Below are positions 23,920 to 34,279 of a stretch of DNA of 64,000 bases, in pieces. The DNA is taken from positions 1,922,001-1,986,000 of the forward strand of contig NW_027191411.1 of assembly GCF_041146345.1 (NCBI RefSeq). Direction: 5' to 3'. How positions within the stretch are numbered: the stretch's first letter is position 1; the number at the start of each line of letters is the position of its first letter. The notes under the pieces were generated by a model. That model did not search any database and had not been told where the DNA came from. It worked only from the letters and a program-made list of their open reading frames with translations. Position numbers and translations under genes: made by a program. The DNA is from Neodothiora populina (lineage: Eukaryota).

Positions 23920-26900
23920 CTACTGATACCCGTCCCCGCCGCTGCCGCCGCCGCCAACGACGGTCTCGTAGTTGAACGTGTTGTTGAACCATTCGTCGAA
24001 GTCGTGCATTTCTGATAGGTCCATTGCTTGCTCTGCTCCGTCGTCTTCTTGGATTTGTAGGTTGTTGTTGCCGCCAGGGGTCGGAAGGGGGAGGAAGTGT
24101 CCTGTCGCTGGTACGTCGTGCTGTAGATTGCTCATTATGCTGAACTCGTAAGGGGCTGATGAGTTGAGACTGTGATGTTGTTGCTGTGGTACAGGCGCGT
24201 TGACAGCTGTTGGAGAATTGAGGCCGGTGTTCGTGGACAACATCCCTTGAGACGCGAGATATTCGAAGTTATTGACCGCAAAGAAGTTCTCGACGACTCG
24301 AGGGAGATTGATGAGTTTTGTTCTGCGCTCCGCCTTGATTGCTCCTTGTCCGCCGACTGCAGTGCCGTCGTTGACGCCGTACGCGGATGCAGCAGCAGAG
24401 TCGGAAGAGTCGTTCTGCTCCCGCTCGAGAGATATGACATCTATCAACGTCACGCCTCTAGATGCCAGAACATCTTCCCTGCGTGCCAGCAATCGGTCTC
24501 GCGCTGCTTGGATTGCGGTGCGATAAGTCTCAATGTCTGCATCATCGTTCCCCTCTCCGCTAGCCTGTCCATACTGAGGAGACGCGCCGTTGTTGGTAGA
24601 TGTGGCGATGCGATAGGACACCTCGAAACACAGTATCACAGCAGCTGTAATGCAGAATGCCGTATGCGTCCATATAGACAGGTCGTCCGAGGCTGCGATA
24701 GCGGCGTGTTCGCGCAGGATGGTCATGGCCGCCGCCACACATGTTTTCCTTGTGTAATTGTACGACGATGTGTTCACGGGAGACTGAAAGGCTCTGAAAA
24801 GGAAGGGTCGATGTATCATTATGATCTTATTCGAGTAAGCTCTATCCGTACAATGAGAATGGCAGAAACATAGCTTACCTTGTCAGCTGCAGTAATCGCA
24901 AGACTACGTCTTGCGATGCTAAGCCACGGCGCTCTCGACTGGTCTGTTGCATCTTCCCGAAGCATGAAAGATGGGATCTGTCTGACCATCTCGCGCATCT
25001 TCTGGTCCATACGAAGAACGTGCTCATATTGTTGTTGCAGCGGCTTTCGCTGTTTGACCGGCCCCAGGCCTTCGGCAAGTTCAGGCATGAGGAGAGCCAC
25101 TATGCAGGAGATTAGCTTTCAGAGAAAGAGTGAACAAGGTTCATGCTGCAGAACACAGAAAGTACTCACGTTGAGACAGCACGCGACAGTACGACGAAAC
25201 AGTCGGTATGCTCGGATCCTTGGGCACTAGATCGTCGTCGCAATTCATCGGCAGATCAGTAGAGCAATAGGGTGGTAAAATGCCTGTATCGGACGTCAAC
25301 GGACCCTAGAACCAAAGAACAGAGATATATATGGGGTTTCACTACCATAAGTGTCGTTGAAAGGGATGGCAAACAAATCCTGAATGACCATCTGACACCA
25401 AACGCGCTTGCCAACCTCAAGATCTACAAGCTCGTTCCAGTGAGTCCGTCGGCTGAGTTCATTGGATTCCCTGTTGACAATCTTATGCAGACCAAGACAT
25501 TGCGCCACTCGGATTGCAGCGCCAATGAGAACAGCATTGAGTTGACTGAAGCCAAGGTTGTGGGCGACTTCTGTGGATATAACGATTGATTGCACAGAAT
25601 GAACTGTCGCCGTGTTAGTCCAAGAGTCTTGGATGAGAACGGAGACTGATGTAAATCTTACGAGTCACGTCGCCGAGAAAGTCTTCCGAGTACAAGACAT
25701 CGATCATGTCGGTGAACAGCTTTCGCGAGGACAGCAGCCCGAGATCTGGAGAGGATGTGAGCATATGGCATGCTTGCGCCTAGATGGACAAAGCTCACCA
25801 ATGCCCAGCTCATTGCTGAACTTGCGACTATTATGTGCACAGTATACAGTGCTCTGGTCCAAATGTCAGCGGTTGGACGAATGAACGGCAATCAGATGAA
25901 TTGCAAAGAGTCAGATGAGAACAACAACTTGCACTGCACGACAGGATCACTAGAACACTTACGCTCAGTACAGCAAGGTACAACGCAAGCCATTGTGGAT
26001 GCTCGTTGGACCAAGTGCCCCCGCTCCTCCAAAAGGCTTCACAAGTTTCCAGAAAGGCGGCAGAATGGAGGCAATTATGATGCCAAGCCAAATGCTTGAG
26101 ATGAAACTCGACCAGTCTTTTCGCCACAGCAGCATCAGGCAACCCCAAGACCAAACGCTGCAGACTCCGAGATTGAGCAGTAGGAAACGAAGTGTTGCCG
26201 GTGGAGGTGAGGATGCTACTGCTGCTCGTGCTGCCGCCGCTGCGACCATTGTAGTGATGGTGGCAAGCGCATGTCCGATGAGGGTAACAGCCTCCGAAGC
26301 TTCGGCCCCATGCCATGTACTCCAGAGCAGTCAGGATGGAAGCATCTGTGTTTTTGGGCTCTGCGGACAGGACAGCGGGTGCTGCGGGTCCTGCAGGATG
26401 TGTCAATGATGGGTCTGTCTCGGACTGTTGTTGCTGCTGCTGCTGCTGGGAAGCTTGTAGAGGCAGCGGTTGAAAGTAATCAGATGAATTTGACGTCGAC
26501 AACGACGACGCTGCTGCTGCTGATGAGTCTCCTCTCTGAATAGTGGAGGCAGACGGAGAACGAATGGCTTCCGTGGTGCCGAACTGCAGATATGATATGC
26601 GCTGGTCGATCCTACGCACAACCGCGGCATCCGGATTGACAGAGCCGCCTATCACGTCGTCTCGGAGAGAATGCAGAAAGGATATCTCGTCGGCGTTCTT
26701 CGCAGATAGGTTCCTCAACCGGACCGTCTCTCGAGTGCAGTCTAGCTTCAATCGTTGGCATCTGCCGCATGGTAGTTGCTTATCGCATTTGCGTTTGCGC
26801 TTGGTGCATTCTGTATGTTATGAACAATAAGATTCAGTAAGCTACTCTCAACCGCAGACGGATCTTGTCGAAGTTCAATACCCTGACATGCTTGCGGACG

Positions 26901-26933
26901 GCGCTGACTCAACCGATAGTTAGGCGAGTCCAT
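23920..26933 (-). CDS. Zn(II)2Cys6 transcription factor with fungal-specific TF domain
   Basis: A first intron (about 26881-26811) splits the cluster; spliced ACQECTKRKRKCDKQLPCGRCQRLKLDC. Middle-homology segments WHHNCLH, AIRVAQCLGLH, EVGKRVWCQMVIQD, IHRPFL. Several further introns. Confidence 0.88.
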
Positions 26934-27248
26934 CTAGAGGCATATAACAAGAAAAGACATGGTCGTAGTTGTTCAGTACTCGTCACGGCGATTAATCATG
27001 GCACAAGACGGCGCCAAGGCTGACTAAGAGTCAATGTGGAAGGTGGGGGAGGATCTCGACTGTATGCAGGTGGTTGTTGTCATGGCATGTCCACATCAAC
27101 TCCCGGGAGGCCTACTAATGTATGCTATGCTATGGCCAATGTGCTAAGAACGCTATCACTAAAATAATAAGCCGCCAAATGATCCGCATCCTGACATCAC
27201 TCGTCCATACGAGCGAGGTTCAGGGCTTTAAATCCAACCTAGATCTGA

Positions 27249-30200
27249 TCAACCCTCCATCATCCTCAGCTTCTCCTGCTCATCCGGCGTCAGGGCGGCA
27301 AAGACTTGACCAAACTCCGGCCGTTGGGCCTGTGCGCGGAAGAAGTCGAGCAGATAGGCCTGAGTCTCATCGTCTTGTCTGCGTCCGACAGGTCCATCGT
27401 CTGCGGCGTATGCCATGAGCTGTTCCTTGGTCATGCCGGAACCAAGATCCAAGAATCCGCCGTCGGCTTCGTCTTCCCAGTCCCCGTTGTCACTGTCGGC
27501 ATTGCCATCCTCGTCCTCTTCGGCTTCGAGTTCGGCGGCTGCTGCTGCGTCCAGCGCGTTCTGGCGTGCCGAGTTGCCCGATGCAGAGAGCAGCTCTTCG
27601 ACAAGTACCTTGACAATCTTAAGGGATGCAGGGATGATTGTATAGGTGTCGGGCATCTGTTTCGCTCTGGATCTCGTCATGATCCTGCCCGAGGCGTTCG
27701 GGTTGTGTATTAATTCACCCTTGACGTGGATTTGTGAGAGTCTCGGGTCATGTAGGTTGTACAGGTTGCAGAGGGCCATGACGTTCTGCCTGATCTCGTC
27801 GTATCCGGCAAAGTTCACGCTGTTCTCGAGCCATTTGCTCAGCACGACCTGCAGACCGTTCTCGTTTCCGATGGCGAGCTGGCCGAGAAAGTCGACGACC
27901 TCGCGGGCGGAGATCAAGGACAGACGGGCAAACACCAAGATCAGAGACTGGATGAACTGTGCGGCTTCGGCCGTGGAGAGGCGCACAGCGACGGCGCCCA
28001 GGAGTTGAGTCAAGTATGGACCCAGGCGTTCTGAGCCAGCCTTCTCCACGAGCTCGGCAGCCAGCCCGCCCACTTCGGCGGCGGCATTGTCGTCGACCTG
28101 GGGGCTGAGCAGACGATCGATGATGATCAGAATGACCTCGAGCCCGGACTTGCCGTCTGCGTTGTGCCATGAGAACATCTGATCGGGGTCATGCTCGAGC
28201 ATGAATTTGACAGCACTGGTGGCCGCCTTGAGCAGCTCCTCCTCGTTGGATTCGAGAAGGAGACGGGTCAGTTTGGGCATGGTGGTCACGATGAAGTTCT
28301 GAGGCAGAGGGGTGGAGCCGTATTCGGCCAAGAGAGAAAGCATCTCGGCAGCGAGCTGTGCATGCGTGTCAGTTTTTTTTTTTGTTTTTTTTTGTTTCTT
28401 TTTGTTTTGATGGGCAGGAGAGTCAGTGACAGCACTTACGTTGGTGAGATCGCTCTCTTCGGTCAGCGTGGCCAGGTCAAAGGCACCGGAGAGAGAGGGC
28501 AAGACCTTGCGACACAGTGCATCGTAGACCTCGGGACCGGTGGCGGCGAGGTTCGAAGTGACTTCCTCAAAGGTCTCGGTGATGAGCATGGCCAGCTGGA
28601 AGTTGCTCGCGCCGTGTTGGGCGACGGTGAAGAGAACGTCGAGACCCTGTCCGGTCAGGCAGATTGACGTGTCCAGCAGGATGGCGTCCCTCAACGTCTC
28701 GACAATGGCAATCATGATGTCCTCGCTCTCGTCGAGATCACTGAGGTCCTGCTGCGAGAGGTATTCCGAGATGGCGGCGATGATGGCGGGCTGCAGCGGC
28801 ACAGCGGTCGAGGCTGGAGTGGCGACAAGATACGACTGCAAGGCGCGGATGCAGGAGACCTTGACCACGTCCGAAGGGTCGTTTGCGATGGCCTGCAGCG
28901 AGGTCTCCATAAAGGAGGCGGCAACGTGGAGCAGGGCATCTCCAGACGTCCTGATCAGACTGCCGGCAACGAGGAAGCCGCGGGCGCGCAGGAAGCTGTC
29001 CTCGTGCTGCATCGAGTATTTGGTGAATTGGAGAAAGGCATGGGCGGCGTCCGGGGTGATTTGCTTGTCGCCCTCCTGCATGTCGGTGAGCAGCTGATTC
29101 AGCAGATACAGCGCAGACTCCTTGGCTTTCCAGCTGCTCTCCGAGGCGAAAAGAGCGTGAGTGTGGTGCAGCAGCCCCTGCACCGCTCCCGCGTTTTGCC
29201 ACTCGCCCAGCTTGACCACCAGGTCGGCGCACGCTGCTCTCGGCGTGTAGTTTGCCGTGACGCTGGACTCTTCGGCGAGAAAGATGTTGACGTCGATCTC
29301 CCAGAGGCCTTCTTCTTCGTTGGTGATCTGTGCATACGCCACGGCCAGGCGCATGACTTCGGCCAGCCAAGTGTCGGCGGTGGTGGCGTTCCGCAGCTGC
29401 TGCTCGAGTTCCTTGCGCACAGGAGGCGCGCGGAGACAGGCCTGCATGAAATCCAGCTCTTCGAGCACGAGAAAATCCAGGGTGTAGGGCAGACCGTCGG
29501 CATCCTCGAGCCGGCCCTGACGGTCTTCTTCGATGTACATGAGGTGGTATTGCGGCTTCAGCATGTTCAGCTCGTCCCAGGTGGCGGAGAAGAGCTGCGG
29601 CGTCTGAGGCGACAAGGCGGCGGGGAAGGTGGAGCGCACGCGCATGAGCACCTTGACCACCTGCAGCTTCAGGGCGACAAGACCGCGGTAGTGCTCGGCG
29701 GTGGCGGCGTCCGTCTCTCCCTCGATCGGGGCATTGGGCAGGGGCGACTTGAGGGTGGCGAGAAAGAAGGGCGACCAGGTGGCCAGAGTCTCTTCGGCAA
29801 AGGCCTTGACGGCGAGCTTGTGGTCCTCCATGACCATCTCGAGCATGTCGAAGCAGGATCGGAAGACGGAGACGGCGAGGGCGCGGAGGATGGCGGATCT
29901 CTGGTCGTTGACGGCGACGTTGTAGACGGTGAGGACCAGGTCTCGGGCGACTCTGAAAAACTGCTCTTCGCCGAAGCAGTCGTCGACGAGGTCTTGAAGT
30001 ACTCTGAGCGCGCCGTGCATCTGGCTGTCGGCGCCCGTGTTGATGACGTGCAGCAGGGTGGGCAGCAGTTCAGGCCACTGGTCAGGGAAGTCGGCAGTGG
30101 CGATTTTGCTCACGACGGAACTGGCGGCAGACTTGATTTTCCTGTCCTGTCCCTCCCTCGTCGACAGCTCCAGCACCATGTGTCTGATTCTCTTTCTCTC

Positions 30201-30458
30201 GTCGTCATTGCGTATGCACACCTGGCCCTTGAACTCGTCTAGCGTTGGCGACCAGACCTCTTGCAGATAGCGTTTGAGGTAGAGCAGAGCCGACTGGCGG
30301 GACTGGATGGGCAGCTGTGCCTGGGCGGCGACGGAGATGAGCGCTGCGGCAAAGCCATCGTCGGTGTAGAGCTGGCGCAGCTGCAGTTCGGCCTGTTTGC
30401 GACGAGTCTCCTGTGATGCTTGTGTGTCGGCGAGGAGACGCACAATCTCCTGTTCCAT
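27249..30458 (-). CDS. KAP114: Importin-9 / Kap114 (importin-beta family)
   Basis: IBN_N start (RKQAELQL), DFPDQWPELL, EDADGLPYTLDFLVLEELD, RIMTRSRAK and an acidic C-terminal loop. In-frame 84-nt intron at 28439-28356. Confidence 0.92.
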   Translation of the reverse strand: MEQEIVRLLADTQASQETRRKQAELQLRQLYTDDGFAAALISVAAQAQLPIQSRQSALLYLKRYLQEVWSPTLDEFKGQVCIRNDDERKRIRHMVLELSTREGQDRKIKSAASSVVSKIATADFPDQWPELLPTLLHVINTGADSQMHGALRVLQDLVDDCFGEEQFFRVARDLVLTVYNVAVNDQRSAILRALAVSVFRSCFDMLEMVMEDHKLAVKAFAEETLATWSPFFLATLKSPLPNAPIEGETDAATAEHYRGLVALKLQVVKVLMRVRSTFPAALSPQTPQLFSATWDELNMLKPQYHLMYIEEDRQGRLEDADGLPYTLDFLVLEELDFMQACLRAPPVRKELEQQLRNATTADTWLAEVMRLAVAYAQITNEEEGLWEIDVNIFLAEESSVTANYTPRAACADLVVKLGEWQNAGAVQGLLHHTHALFASESSWKAKESALYLLNQLLTDMQEGDKQITPDAAHAFLQFTKYSMQHEDSFLRARGFLVAGSLIRTSGDALLHVAASFMETSLQAIANDPSDVVKVSCIRALQSYLVATPASTAVPLQPAIIAAISEYLSQQDLSDLDESEDIMIAIVETLRDAILLDTSICLTGQGLDVLFTVAQHGASNFQLAMLITETFEEVTSNLAATGPEVYDALCRKVLPSLSGAFDLATLTEESDLTNVSAVTDSPAHQNKKKQKKTKKKTDTHAQLAAEMLSLLAEYGSTPLPQNFIVTTMPKLTRLLLESNEEELLKAATSAVKFMLEHDPDQMFSWHNADGKSGLEVILIIIDRLLSPQVDDNAAAEVGGLAAELVEKAGSERLGPYLTQLLGAVAVRLSTAEAAQFIQSLILVFARLSLISAREVVDFLGQLAIGNENGLQVVLSKWLENSVNFAGYDEIRQNVMALCNLYNLHDPRLSQIHVKGELIHNPNASGRIMTRSRAKQMPDTYTIIPASLKIVKVLVEELLSASGNSARQNALDAAAAAELEAEEDEDGNADSDNGDWEDEADGGFLDLGSGMTKEQLMAYAADDGPVGRRQDDETQAYLLDFFRAQAQRPEFGQVFAALTPDEQEKLRMMEG

Positions 30459-31296
30459 CCTTGGTGATTCTGCTGTTTTTCGTTCTTGCCGCTTTTGTGG
30501 GCTTTCTCATGCAGCTGCAGCAGGAGCGACTAATCCAGGGAAGGCGCGAAGAGAAAGAGACTTTTTTCCCTTGAGACTTTCAGGCCAGCCGTGATGTGAT
30601 GTGACAATTGTCCCGACAGCTCTGAGGACAAGACAGTTGCAGGTGTGATTGGTCGTGATCACACCGGCAGAGAAGGGAGATGATCGAACGAGGCTCTCTC
30701 TTTCTGTTTCTTTCTTGTGAGTATATTAGAGACAGAGAGTAAAGGCAGAGATGGCCGAGGATATCGTCGGATCAAGAGTTTCGTAGCGTCGGATCAAGAG
30801 AAGAAAAAGAAGAGAAAGAGAAGAGAGTGACAGGCAGGACTCTTGCAATAAGTCTTGTGACGTGTTGGGTCTGTGTGAGAATGAAGGATATGGTACTGAT
30901 CAAATCAATTCCTGCCCAAATACAGTCAACTCAACTCAAGCGCGTCTGAAGTCTGAACAAAGAAACAAGGGTTCGCTCTGCTTATCGCTGGCCCGATAAG
31001 AGCCCCGCCCTCAAGGTTGTCAGCATTATCCGTCATGACTCGTATAGGCTTCTGTCATCCTGTCATCCTGTCACCACATCACGGCATGCAGACGAAAAGG
31101 TCGCATCCATGACTCGTGTGACAACTACCCCTCCGTGTGCCTCGGCGCTCCGTTCCTGCCCCTTACGGCAAGGCACAGAGTGTGTCGCAACTGCTGTTTT
31201 GGTGCCGTAGTTGCAATTCATGGCTTCTTCATCATGTCCTTTCTTCTTCTCCTTCTTTCTTTCTCCTAGCTCGGCCAAGTCAACATGAAACATCCG

Positions 31297-31332
<36 letters not shown>

Positions 31333-31406
31333 GCACCATCAGCACCATCAGCACCATCAGCACCATCAGCACCATCAGCACCACCATCACCATCACTTTC
31401 ATCATC
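31297..31406. repeat. Compound (TCA)n-(TCAGCACCA)n microsatellite upstream of REV7
   Basis: About 11 TCA units followed by about 6 TCAGCACCA units. Confidence 0.9.
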
Positions 31407-31420
31407 GACAAATCATAAGC

Positions 31421-32161
31421 ATGGATGAAGTAGACGCAATCGTCACCTTCCGCTCCTTCACCACCACCTTCACCGACTTCCTCTGCGTCGCCATCCACAC
31501 CATCCTCTACGAACGCTCCATCTACCCCGAGACCAGCTTCCTGTCTGCTCGCAAATACAACTTCGCCGTGCGTCAGAACCGCCATCCCAGAGTCTGCGCC
31601 TACGTCCTCGATGCCGTCGCTGCAGTCGAGGCGGAATTGCTCAAGGGCAGCGTCGACCGCGTCGTCGTCGTCATCTACGACAAACACGACACTCCGCTCG
31701 AGCGATTCGTCTTTGACGTCTCCTTCTTTCCCTATGTCCCACCCGAGCACCAGGCCACCCCTCTGCGTCAGGCCCAGGCCCAGCAGGACGAAGGTGTCTT
31801 CATCCTGCCTCTTGTCGATCTCCAGGAGCAGCTGAGGGCCACAATGGTCAAACTCACCACTTGCTCCTCTCGTCTCAGGCCGCTTCCGCCGAACAGCGAG
31901 TGCACCTTTGCTGTCGCCATCGAACTCAAGGAGGACTCTCGAGAACCGCCTGTCGGTCATCCGCAGCCGTGGATCCCCGTGCAGCCTCGGCTAGGCAAAG
32001 GCAAAGAGAAAGAGAAGGCCATGGACACCAGCGCCGCCAACGACGCCCAAGCCCGCACTGTCCCGCTGCGTGCCGTTGAGGCTGGCTACATGGTCTTCGA
32101 GTCATGGATAGAAGAAGCAAAGGCTAAATTCGACACGCCCGTCTCGAGCGCTGAGGACTGA
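31421..32161 (+). CDS. REV7: HORMA-domain DNA polymerase zeta accessory subunit Rev7/Mad2L2
   Basis: FLCVAIHTILYERSIYPETSF, RQNRHPRVCAY, PLERFVFD, CTFAVAIEL, PLRAVEAG. Confidence 0.9.
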   Translation: MDEVDAIVTFRSFTTTFTDFLCVAIHTILYERSIYPETSFLSARKYNFAVRQNRHPRVCAYVLDAVAAVEAELLKGSVDRVVVVIYDKHDTPLERFVFDVSFFPYVPPEHQATPLRQAQAQQDEGVFILPLVDLQEQLRATMVKLTTCSSRLRPLPPNSECTFAVAIELKEDSREPPVGHPQPWIPVQPRLGKGKEKEKAMDTSAANDAQARTVPLRAVEAGYMVFESWIEEAKAKFDTPVSSAED

Positions 32162-32171
32162 ATCATCACAA

Positions 32172-34279
32172 TCACAGATAGGTTCCCTGGAGAAAGCACC
32201 CCATGTCGTCCCACACCACCTCGCAGTCCTTGGGCGAAAACCGCTCTGTCCAGGGGAACCGCCGCAGAAAACTCTCAAAGCTTTTCACATCGCCAATCTG
32301 TAACACAGCCCTCGTGTCGTTGAGCTGGCTGAGAAGACGACGTGCCGCGAGTTCGTCCTTGACGCCCCCTGTCAACCTCCTGACCACGCTCTGCGCCACC
32401 GACAAGACCCACAACAGCGACTCGAGCGACTCGATCGACCCATTCGCCGCCACCCACTCCTCCGTCAGCGGCAACGGTGTGCAACACTGCCGCGGTGTCG
32501 ATGCCATGGCGAGACTATCGTACAATCGACGCAGTATCCGTCGTTGCGACGTTGACTGCCATGTATGATAAGGGAACCGCATGCAAGAGTTGGCAAATGC
32601 TTGTGCTGCAAGCACCATTGTGAAGAGCGGGTTGAAGCTGGCTTGCCTGGTGTTGTTGTTGTTGTTTTTGTTGTTGTTGTTGTTGTGGTCTTGCTGCTCG
32701 AAGAAGATTGTGCTCATGTGATACTCGATCCAATACATGACGCCCTCCAGTGCGTTGACATCCTCGGGCGCGGGTTCGTCCAGATCACACAGTTGTGTCA
32801 TCTCATGCAGCTTGATGAAGAGATCGTGCAGCTCCGCCTTCTGTGTCGTTGTGTACATGGGGTGACTCGGTAATAGCTTCATCGTCTGCTGGGCACCATG
32901 TTTTGCCACTTGCCGGATCCGGGCATTTGACTCTGGGTATGGATATCTGTGTATGAACGGCAGCATCGGCCTCCGGTCATAGCCCCTCGCAGCCGTCAGC
33001 CGGAGATCGTTCCTGACGATGAATCGAAACGCCGTTCTGTCAATTTGAGACAGGGCATCCTTTTCTGTCACCAATCGAACGATGGAATCCATGTGCATCT
33101 GGGCGGCATCCAGTCCTTCGTCGTGCAACGCCAGTCCCACGAGACAAGACATCAAGACCACGAGGCGGATGTTTGCTGCCATGCCATCAGTCACTCTCTT
33201 CGCAAAGTCAAGCGAAAGCGGGTAGTCAACGGCTTACCTTGCGGTTCCTTCCGGACAAGTGCAGAGGTCTGTACTTTGTGGTGCAGATAGTTCGCTTTGT
33301 CTTTCCTGCCCGTGATGTACGCTCTCTTGGCCTCGATCAAACAGATCAGACCATGCAAGTGCGCCTTGTCGGAAAGTGCGATCCACCAGTAGGCCAGCAT
33401 CCGCCGTTTCACCATGTGCTCCACTGCGGGTATTCGAACCACCGCCGCCTTCGCTGCCGCTGCATCCTCGTGCACCGTGTTCTGGAAATGCCACCATGCG
33501 AGGCGATCGGTATGGAGATCGGTCAACGGCAGACATGCGAAAGGGTCGAAACGGTGCGACTGTAGCGAACGCGGGTCGAAGGTCAGTGAGACACTGTGGG
33601 CCGCTTCCATCTCTTCTTGTTTGACTGGTGGTTGGGCATAACTGCTGCACTCGGTCTGCGTTGAAGTCGAACGCATCATGACATTTTCCGAGTATGTCGA
33701 GATGGTCGAGTACGGTGATGCAATGGAAAGAGGTGTCAAGTACGAATCCGCCGCATGACTTGTCGATATGCCGTCCACGTCGACGGCATTTGTGTTGGTA
33801 CTGATGATGGATGCCGCAGGAGTCAGAGCCTCGGTGACGGATCCCGACGAGTACTGCTGGCGCGCTTGCTCCTCCTTAGGAAGCTGCTGAACCACGGAGT
33901 CATGCCGTTCGACACCTCGATTGTCACTTTGGCTCTTCCGCCTCTTCTGCTGCTGCTGCTCCTGCCGCTCCTGCCGCTCCTGCTGCTCCTGCTGCTCCTG
34001 CTGCTGAGCCGCCCTCCTGTGCCCAGCATCGCGGTCGCAGCCCTGCTTCTCGCCCAACATCCTCCGTCGCTGCTGCTGTTGTGCTTGCTGCATTTGTTGT
34101 CTGCTGCAGTTCTTCTTCCGTACATGATTATGCATGACGTGTTGCCGCACTTCTCGCTTCACCCGCCCTCGCTGGGCGGCTACCTTGGGATCCTCATTGA
34201 CGTTGATGAAGTGAAACAGGAGAGGCTGTGGGACCAGTTTTACTTCTGGCATCCCAGGCAATCTTGTGTTGTTGGTCAT
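32172..34279 (-). CDS. Fungal TF-like protein lacking a Zn cluster (FINV / VRxHVM / DPF type) with polyQ and polyN tracts
   Basis: FHFINV, REVRQHVMHNHVRKK and RFDPFACLP, followed by a helical domain. Two long ORFs are joined by a probable short intron (GTAAGC donor at 33237). The acceptor and start codon (34279 or 34252) are unresolved. Confidence 0.7.

Noticed and set aside
28356..28439. Lys-rich NLS-like insert (NKKKQKKTKKK) in importin-9
   Set aside because: It is an in-frame 84-nt intron with a GTAAGT donor, CTGAC branch site and CAG acceptor.
31280..31960. ORFs with poly-Met/poly-Ile/poly-Asp tracts (also 20464-20941)
   Set aside because: Translations of (CAT)n microsatellites, antisense to real genes.
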